From Octopus sinensis (taxonomy: Eukaryota): DNA of 64,000 nucleotides. Within the stretch, counting starts at the first letter, position 1, and every line of letters starts with the position of its first letter. Position numbers and translations under genes: made by a program. Shown piece after piece: positions 55,470 through 64,000 of the stretch. The stretch is from positions 1 through 64,000 of the forward strand of contig NW_021835146.1 of the NCBI RefSeq assembly GCF_006345805.1. Reading direction: 5' to 3'. The notes beneath the pieces were generated by a model. It saw nothing but the letters and a program-made list of their open reading frames with translations. It had not been told where the DNA came from and did no database searches.

Positions 55470-55920
55470 TATATATATATACATACAATATATATATTCA
55501 TACATGTATATGTACACACATACATATGGTTTAGGTTTGTATGTGATAGTTAATGTTATAATATATAATACATACTGATATATTTCATAATGTTTTGTAT
55601 ATAAATATAAACAACAAATTATATATATATATATATATATCTAAACTAATATATATATATATATAATATATAAGCGTCGAAATGTGTATAGTACGATACA
55701 AATAAGATGATACTTTCCCGAACGCAGAATTACCTCTAGAACAACAGAAATATTGGATAAATTACCCTTACAAAGCTGACAAATTTTGTCAACAAACAGC
55801 CCTGTGACTGGAACCAACATCCTCAAGACTCCAAAATAAGATGACAACTATGTAGACTTTACCTGTAATTTATGGGACAGCCTTGCGCACCCTGTAACGC
55901 TGATTCCACTTAAGATTGTG

Positions 55921-56220
55921 GTTGGGGAACTGTTTTAGGGAAGATGTTTAGAGTACACTTTTAGAATACACGTTTATGGAATGCATTTAGGGTACACTGT
56001 TGGGGTAGGGGTTTAGAGTACACTTTTAAGGTAATCGTTCGGGAAACAGATTTAGAGTATATATCTAGGTCACGTATTTGGAAACACTTTAGGATACAGG
56101 TTCACGGAACACGTTTAGATTACACGTTTAGGGTACACGGTTAGAGAACATTTTTTTAGAGTAGACTTTTCGGGTACACATTTATGGTATGCGTCTAAGG
56201 TACACGTTTAGAGTAGACGT
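55921..56220 (+). repeat. Degenerate ~13-bp minisatellite (TTTAGGGTACACG)n inside SINE tail X
   Basis: About 23 units; flanks 55861-55920 and 56221-56315 align to tail X. Confidence 0.85.
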
Positions 56221-56568
56221 GTTTCTGTAATGTTCGATCATTCACATGCTAATTCAATAAATAGCCCAGTTGATCTAACCTCTGAAACCTCCTCGTCGAA
56301 AACGACGAAGGCCCGTCAATTTGACGTGTCAACAATTATCAGCACCAAACGTCTAATATTAGAGATTGTTGCACGCTTTAATTCGACGCCTGGATGAGAA
56401 GCGAATAATGAAAGTGAACTTTCAAGTCCGGGCATACAAATACACACTTGCGTACACATATACCCACATACACACATATATTCAAGCATGCATGCATGCA
56501 TACATACACACATACATACGTAAACACATGCATACACACATGCATGCAAATACGCTACAATGGCGATG

Positions 56569-56607
<39 letters not shown>

Positions 56608-57039
56608 TAGTAGTAGTAGTAGTAATAGCAGCAGCAGCAGCGGTACAGCATGCTACACACTCAGTAGTTTTAAGTCACAGCCATTTCCCCCTGTTTTATT
56701 GGCGGGAACGTATTTTTCTCCCTCTGTTAGCGTTCATTTTAGTTTGACATCCATAATTTAACAGCTTCCATATTGTTTGATCACCTCACTAACAAAAACA
56801 GGCGGCAAACCGTCTATAAACGCTCCGTTAACTCTTTCATTTCCTCGCACCATCACCATCATCAGCACCTTCCTTTAACTTCATTTTCTTTTCTTCCCTT
56901 TTATTTTCATTTCTATTTTTATTTTTATCTTCTTTTCTAATTTGCACCGTCGCCGTAATATTTCATATGGCTTTGTATTGCGTGTCTCTTTCTCCCTCCC
57001 TCCCTCACCCTCCTCACTCTCTTTCAGTCTGTCTCTCTC

Positions 57040-57184
57040 TCTCAATCTATCTATCTATTTATCTGTTTGTCTGTTTGTCTGTGTGTCTGTCTATCTATCT
57101 GTTTATTTATCGATGCATATCGATCTACCTATCAGTCTATCTAGCCATCTATCCATCAATCTATCCATCAATCTATCTATCCAT

Positions 57185-57237
<53 letters not shown>

Positions 57238-57414
57238 CTTCTATCTATGTATCCATTTATCTATCTATCTATCTATCTATCCATTTATCTGTCTGTCTAT
57301 CTATCTATCTATCAATCTATCTATCCATCAATCTATCCATCAATCTAGCCATCAATCTATCCATCTATCTATCTATCTATCCATGTATCTATCTATCTAT
57401 CTATCTATCCATCA

Positions 57415-57482
<68 letters not shown>
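57040..57482. repeat. (ATCT)n microsatellite
   Basis: Seen directly. Confidence 0.95.
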
Positions 57483-57735
57483 GTATATGTGTCTATTGTC
57501 TATTACCGATCTGCCTCTTTATTTGTCAATGTCTTTATCTATTTCTGCAACACTATTATAGTCCAAAATATTAAGCATCAAAAGTAGAATTACTCCTATT
57601 AAAACATCAAGAAGAACCCTCCCTACCAACACCACCAACACCACAACCATCAGAGATCTTGTGTATATATATGATAATATATATATATAAATATTATATA
57701 TATATATAGATATATATATATATAATATATATATA

Positions 57736-57774
<39 letters not shown>

Positions 57775-59142
57775 AAGTAAAATAGGGGTTGTGGATCCAA
57801 CCCACTAAGGGATAATACTTATTCCAATATACTGTTGGTATAATACCCAAATTATTAATACACACGTATTTTTAATTGCAATCCATTAACGTACTTATTG
57901 TATTAAATGAAAGAAGGTAAAGAAATATTTCACCATTAATTTATAATACAAATAAGTAAATGGAGAAACAATTTAGTTGTTTTATCAGCTAATTTTTCTC
58001 CATTTCTTATTTGTATTATATATATATATGTATATATATATATATAAAAATAATCATATAGTTATATATATATATCTTTATAAACGTGTACGCGTGTATG
58101 TGTTCATGGGAAGATAATATCTGACAGACGTTCCCTCAATAAAGCGGCCAATGGCTTCAGTCTTGATCTTGGAAGCCTACATTCGTTGTCTATCAATGTG
58201 TTTCTATTTTTTATGTTGGATGAAACCTGGTGGTGGGGATCCCTTATTTTTGAATATCATGAAAGTAGCCTTCTGAATGGAATGTTCTAAACTTGTCGCT
58301 ACTCCATGCCGAGCGTTTGGTATAACCAATCCCTTCTGTGGTTTCCGTTTCCGGTCAAATCAACATGTGCAGCCATTTTTTTTTTATGTTTATCTCTCTG
58401 TTTCCGGGGTTTTTTTCTCTCTTTTTTTCCCCCCTTTCTTTCGCCATCTATTTTCTCGCCTCCTTTGTTTCTCTGGAAGAGCGTAGGCTTGAAACATCCA
58501 AAGACATTTCCATGTTTTCCTGAGCATCGAACCACATGTATCTACGTATGTGATTGTATGTACGTACGTATGCATGTATATGTGTATGTATGTGTGTATG
58601 TACGTATGTGTGTTTGCATGTATGTATGTGTGTATATGTGTATGTGTTTGTATGTATGTATGTACGTACGTATGTATATGTGTATGTATGTGTATATGTA
58701 TGTATATATATATATATATTTATGTGTGTATGTGTGTATAAGGGTGCTTTACATTCCTGATTTGTTTTTAGTCGAAAGAACCGACACCAGTATTTATTAT
58801 TAATTTCAAGCTTGGTACTTATTCTATCGGTCTCTTCTTGCTGAGCCGCTAAGTTACGGAGACGTAATCACACCAACACCGGTTGTCTAGCGGTGTAGAG
58901 AGACAAACGAAAATACACACACACACACACACACGCACACATGTGTATATATAAATCACGGGTTCACGTGACCGACTAGGCCATCAGATGTTGCTACACA
59001 TCGCTGGTCACAATGCGCTTCGCATTGTCATAGCCTTCAATGACGCCCACCCGGTGGCTAAGCGAGCAGACGCATATATATATATATATATATATATATT
59101 ATTTATATATATATATATATCCATAATATAATATTCTTCTTC

Positions 59143-59481
59143 TATTCTTTACTTGTTTCGGTTATTTAACTGCGGCCATGCGGGAGCACCGCTTTAGTCG
59201 AGCAAATCGAGCCCAACATTTATTCTTTGTAAGCCTAGTACTTATTCTATCGACCTCTTTAGCAGAATCGCTAAGTTACGGGGACATAAACACACCACAT
59301 CGGTTGTCGAGCGATGGTGGGTGGACAAACATACACAATCATATATATGTATATATATATATATATGTATATTATTATAGTTAATAGTACTATATCTATA
59401 TATATATATATAGGTATATATTGATATATATATATATAATAATATATATATTCATACATACATACATACATACTACATACA

Positions 59482-59517
<36 letters not shown>

Positions 59518-59524
59518 TACTAAA

Positions 59525-59572
<48 letters not shown>

Positions 59573-59885
59573 TATATAATATACACATGTGGGTGTGTTG
59601 TGGGTATGTATAGGACGGGCTACTTTCAGTTTCTGTCTACCAAATCCACTAACAAGGCTTTCGTCGACCCGAGGCTATAGTAGAAAACACTTGTCCAAGA
59701 TCCACGCAGAGGGACTGAACCGGGAACCATGTGGTTGGTAAGCAAGCTTCTTACCAGACAGCCTCTCATGGGTCGGCCGAAAGCTATAATAAAAGACACT
59801 TGCCTAAGGTGCCACGCTGTGGGACTGAACCCGGAACCATGAGGTTGGGACACAAGTTTCGTACCACACAGCCCCGCTGCACCTA
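59143..59885 (-). mobile_element. SINE family A with ~280-bp internal microsatellite and duplicated head
   Basis: Tail 59143-59335; heads 59612-59765 and 59770-59885. Confidence 0.85.
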
Positions 59886-60296
59886 TATCAATATTTATTG
59901 CATACCATGAAATATTTATGCGCCATATAAGGGTGGTGACTGCGAACTGACATAGGCATAATTCACACTTACATACACACACACGTGTACCCACCCCTTT
60001 ATCCACAATTCGCACACAAATGCACACATTTAAAGACGCGTTAAGTAAAATCTCACACGCACATAGATATAAATGATTTGTAATCGATAATAAATGAGCT
60101 TAGGTTATGGCGATCTGGACAAAATATGAAACGTTTCGCGTTCTACACGCACACAAAAGCACAAACTTTAACACACGCAACATCAGTCAGTGTTTAACCG
60201 ATTTAAAACGAAAAATAACAAGATGGTTGACAAAGCGGAGTGGCGAAACAAGGGTAGATAACGAAATATTGATTTTGGTGATGGTGATGGTAACGC

Positions 60297-60392
<96 letters not shown>

Positions 60393-60402
60393 GTTATAAG
60401 TA

Positions 60403-60435
<33 letters not shown>

Positions 60436-60560
60436 GTAATACTAATAATAATAATAATAGTTATAATAGTAATACTACTACTATTACTACTACTACTAAT
60501 AATAATAATAGTTATAATAGTAATACTAATAATAATAATAATAGTTATAATAGTAATACC

Positions 60561-60606
<46 letters not shown>

Positions 60607-60670
60607 GTTATAATAGTAATACTAATAATAATAATAATAATGATAATAATAATAGTTATAATAGTAATAC

Positions 60671-60718
<48 letters not shown>

Positions 60719-60745
60719 TAATAATAATAGTTATAATAGTAATAC

Positions 60746-60798
<53 letters not shown>
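60297..60798. repeat. (AAT)n tract with recurrent 21-bp variant unit
   Basis: AATAGTTATAATAGTAATAC(T) occurs six times here and once more at 61490. Confidence 0.95.
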
Positions 60799-60800
<2 letters not shown>

Positions 60801-61452
60801 CTGGGTAATCTGTAAAACCTGAATTGCCCCATGAAAAAAACTGGTGGGAACACAACCCACCCCCAGTGCTTGAAAATGACCACATCTCACTCCTCTGGAA
60901 CTTCACCATTCAAACTGACGGAAATAGATGCAAATATGCCAGACATCATTTGAAAAGACTTCAAACAAAGAACAGCCTCCTCATTGATATGACTGTCCCA
61001 ATCGATATAAACGTATCTGTCAAGACCTACCAAAAACTGAGCAAATATAAAGATCTTGAAATAGAAATCAGCAAATGTGGAAGCTGAAGACTAAAACAAT
61101 ACCTGTTGTCATAGGTGCCCTGGGAATGATAGCAAAGGGGCTGATAGCTACCTACTCAGATACCAGGAAACCCCAAAATGGCAGAAGTTCAAAAGAAGAG
61201 TGCTCATGGGAACTGCTCATATCTGACGCAAAATACTCTCTATGTAATCTCAAGGTTTAAAACAAACATAATTTTAGGTTTAAAAAAAAAAAAACCTTTT
61301 TTTTTAGACATTCATTAGTACAACATCCCCACCCCCCAAATATATGGCACACTAAGGCATAACAACAACATGAACTTCCAACCTGTTGTCTCTTGAGGTC
61401 TCTGGGTGAGACTTGGAGCACTTGTACAAATATAAAGCAAAATCAAACATAG
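60799..61452 (+). mobile_element. 5'-truncated R4/Dong-like retrotransposon, family 2 (RLE + 3' UTR)
   Basis: WWEHNPPPVLENDHISLLWNFTIQTD...PDI...LLIDMTVPIDINVSVKTYQKLSKYKDLEIEISK-WKLKTKTIPVVIGALG...LMGTAHI; (AAT)n flanks. Confidence 0.92.
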
Positions 61453-61598
61453 AATAATATAATAATAATAAACTAATAATAATATATATAATAGTTATAA
61501 TAGTAATACTAATATATAATAATAATAATAATAATAGTAATAATAATAATCAATAATAATAATATAATAATAATAATGATAATAGTATATAATAAAAT

Positions 61599-62150
61599 GC
61601 CCGATTGCAGACCAGGCAGTGGCACTCAAGGCTTCTGATCTCAACTTATCGGAAGTTTTATCATGTACATTGTTTTGTCTTGGTATAAAAGATGGGCAAC
61701 AGAAAATATTCTTCCCAGTACCACAGATTTGTTTGTCAGTTGTTTGACCGTAACCAGTTGACCATGTCCTTGGTGGCTGATGATATGTGCATCTCTGATC
61801 ACGAGCAGAAGTAGTGGAGGAGCATCATAGTCGTGTGTTGAGAGGAATTATTTGGGGTTTGGATAATTCGCCTTTGGAAACATGGGTGTTTTGTTCAACA
61901 TCCTTAAACAACCCTTATTCAGGGACCTATTGAGTGGGATGGGTTACTCGACCAGAAGAAATTTCTAGCTGGGCCCCACCTGCAAGGTCATGCACTGTTT
62001 ATTTTGATATGAGATCACCGTGTCACGCACATATGGTTGTGATGCATGTGTCTGGTGTACCCTTATCAGACATTTGGTCATGATGCCTATACTGCGCTTT
62101 GTATATTTTGCCCCAGTGTCACTTTGATGTTATGCACTAATTTCTTACTC
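61599..62150 (+). mobile_element. Element C, full length, diverged
   Basis: Homologous to 21618-22174; (AAT)n flanks. Confidence 0.9.
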
Positions 62151-62446
62151 AATAATAATAATAATAATAATATAATAATAATAATAATATAATATAATAA
62201 TAATAATAATAAAATATAATAATAATAATAATAAAATAAGTAATTATAATAATAATAATAATAATAATAACAACACAACAACAACAATAGCACACAACAA
62301 CAACAACAACCAACAACAACAACAAACATATAATAATAATAATAATAATATATTAATAATAATAATATAATAGTAATAGTAATAATAATAATAATCAACT
62401 TACTCTCTTCCTTGAAATTGCAGGTCTGGTGCCAGAATTTGAAACA

Positions 62447-62634
62447 GCGAACTGGCAGGTTGCTTAGCTTAGCATTTCGTCCGACCTAACGTTCTGAGTT
62501 CAAATTCCGCCGAGGACGACTTTGCCTTTCATCCTTTCGGGTTTGATGAAATAAGTACCAGCTACGCACTGGGGTCGGTGTAATCGACTTCCCCTCCCCC
62601 AAAGTTCGGGCGTTGTGCTTAAAGTAGAAAGGAT
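62447..62634 (+). mobile_element. SINE family B (short-tail variant)
   Basis: CGTTCTGAGTTCAAATTCCGCCGAGG...GCCTTTCATCCTTTCGGG. Confidence 0.85.
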
Positions 62635-62643
62635 TATTATTAA

Positions 62644-62689
<46 letters not shown>

Positions 62690-63177
62690 GAGTGAGAGAG
62701 CAGTTCATGCCATCAAAGTGACACTGGGGTAAAATATACGAAGCCAATATACCCATCATGACTACCCGTCTGATAAAGGCAACACCAGGCACATGCATCA
62801 CAACCATATGTGCCGACATGGTGATCTCATATCAAGATAAACAGCACATGACCTTGCAGGTGGGGCCCAGTTAGAATTTTCTTCAGGTTTAGTAGCCCAT
62901 CCCGCTCAAACGGTCCCTGAATAAGGGTTGTTTAAGGATGTTGAAAGAACCACCCATGTTTCCAGAGGTGAACTATTCAAACCCCAAAGAATCCCTCTCA
63001 ACACATGGCTATGATGCTCCCCCACTACTTCTGCTCGTGATCAGAGATGCACATATCGTCAGCCACTAAGGGACATGCTCAACTGGTTAAGGTCAAACAA
63101 CTGACAAGCAAATCTGTGGTATTGAGCAGAATATTTTCTGTTGCCCATCTTTTATACCAAGACAAAACAATGTACAT
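62690..63177 (-). mobile_element. Element C, 5'-truncated by ~65 bp
   Basis: Reverse complement of 21687-22174, flanked by (TTA)n. Confidence 0.9.
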
Positions 63178-63236
63178 TTATTATTATTATTATTATTATT
63201 ATTAGTATCATCATAATTATTATTATCATTATTAAG

Positions 63237-63309
<73 letters not shown>

Positions 63310-63595
63310 CATTATTATTATTTTTATTATCATTGAAAGACAAAGCAGTATTAGTGTATTTCGCATAGTTGCTGAATAAAAAGCTTTGTTGAGAACAATC
63401 GCTCATCAGTATAAAACCGCCTCAAGTAACCAGTAGATTAGGTATTTCCGTACGCCAATGCATACGATGCGGGAATTGTACTTGTCTGATAAGGTATTCG
63501 ACAAGAAGCAGTCTGTAGAGAGTAAAACAATTACCTTATGAAAGATTCCTTTTGAACATTCGAAAACAGAAAAAAAAATTCTTCATAATAATCTA

Positions 63596-63984
63596 TCTAT
63601 ATATATATAAAGCTGAAGTTGTCTGTGTATGGTAGGTTTGGTAGCCTTCAACTAACACTACCTCCTCCGAGACCCTGCGGCGCAAGTTCACCATTGAGAG
63701 TATGATAGTAGAAGGGTTGCTCTTCCTTCCGTAGAAGACAAAATTCAAATCGGACCATGTTAAGACCAAAAATTATTTGCATCAAAAAGGTGCTTTTTTT
63801 CTATGAAAATCCCTATTTTTTACGATTCTTTGACTGCTGTGTCTCCATTTTTTGGTGTATTTCAACCAGAAAAATGTTCACTTAAAGAGAATAACAAGCT
63901 ACATAATGCAAATGTTTTACTTTTCAAAAATTCCAATTGTAAAGGGTCGAAACAAACCCGAGCAACCCCGGGCGATACTGCAAG
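63596..63984 (+). mobile_element. Non-autonomous Helitron, copy 3
   Basis: Homologous to 2051-2440; terminal CTAG mutated to CAAG. Confidence 0.88.
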
Positions 63985-64000
63985 TAATTTATAATTTGAT

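Noticed and set aside
55921-56220. Interstitial telomeric repeat
   Set aside because: The period is ~13 bp, not 6, and the unit derives from a SINE tail motif.
63345-63415. Minus-strand CUGAUGA-GC...GC-GAAA hammerhead candidate
   Set aside because: The core is present but helices I and III do not pair convincingly.

Overview
This is eukaryotic, AT-rich, non-coding (intergenic or intronic) DNA, most likely from an octopus. That assignment is inferred from the tRNA-derived SINE families and the extreme microsatellite density. I recognise no host exon, rRNA, tRNA gene or CRISPR array, and nearly all ORFs in the supplied track are read-throughs of microsatellites. The window is a mosaic of di-, tri- and tetranucleotide microsatellites and transposable elements. 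These include dozens of SINE copies built from interchangeable head and tail modules (several with 12-16 bp TSDs), three ~390-bp non-autonomous Helitrons, a hAT derivative and a DD41D Tc1/mariner relic. There are also several R4/Dong-like RLE retroelement fragments embedded in (AAT)n or (TACA)n tracts, and a ~550-bp non-coding element that sits in (AAT)n. Penelope-like relics carry hammerhead ribozyme motifs and fold-back ends. The most interesting structure is (i) microsatellite 'landing pads' that stack several co-oriented RLE retroelement families with a shared 3' stem-loop motif, and (ii) hammerhead and palindrome modules embedded in (TA)n-type tracts. All family names come from recall and hand alignment; no database search was run.
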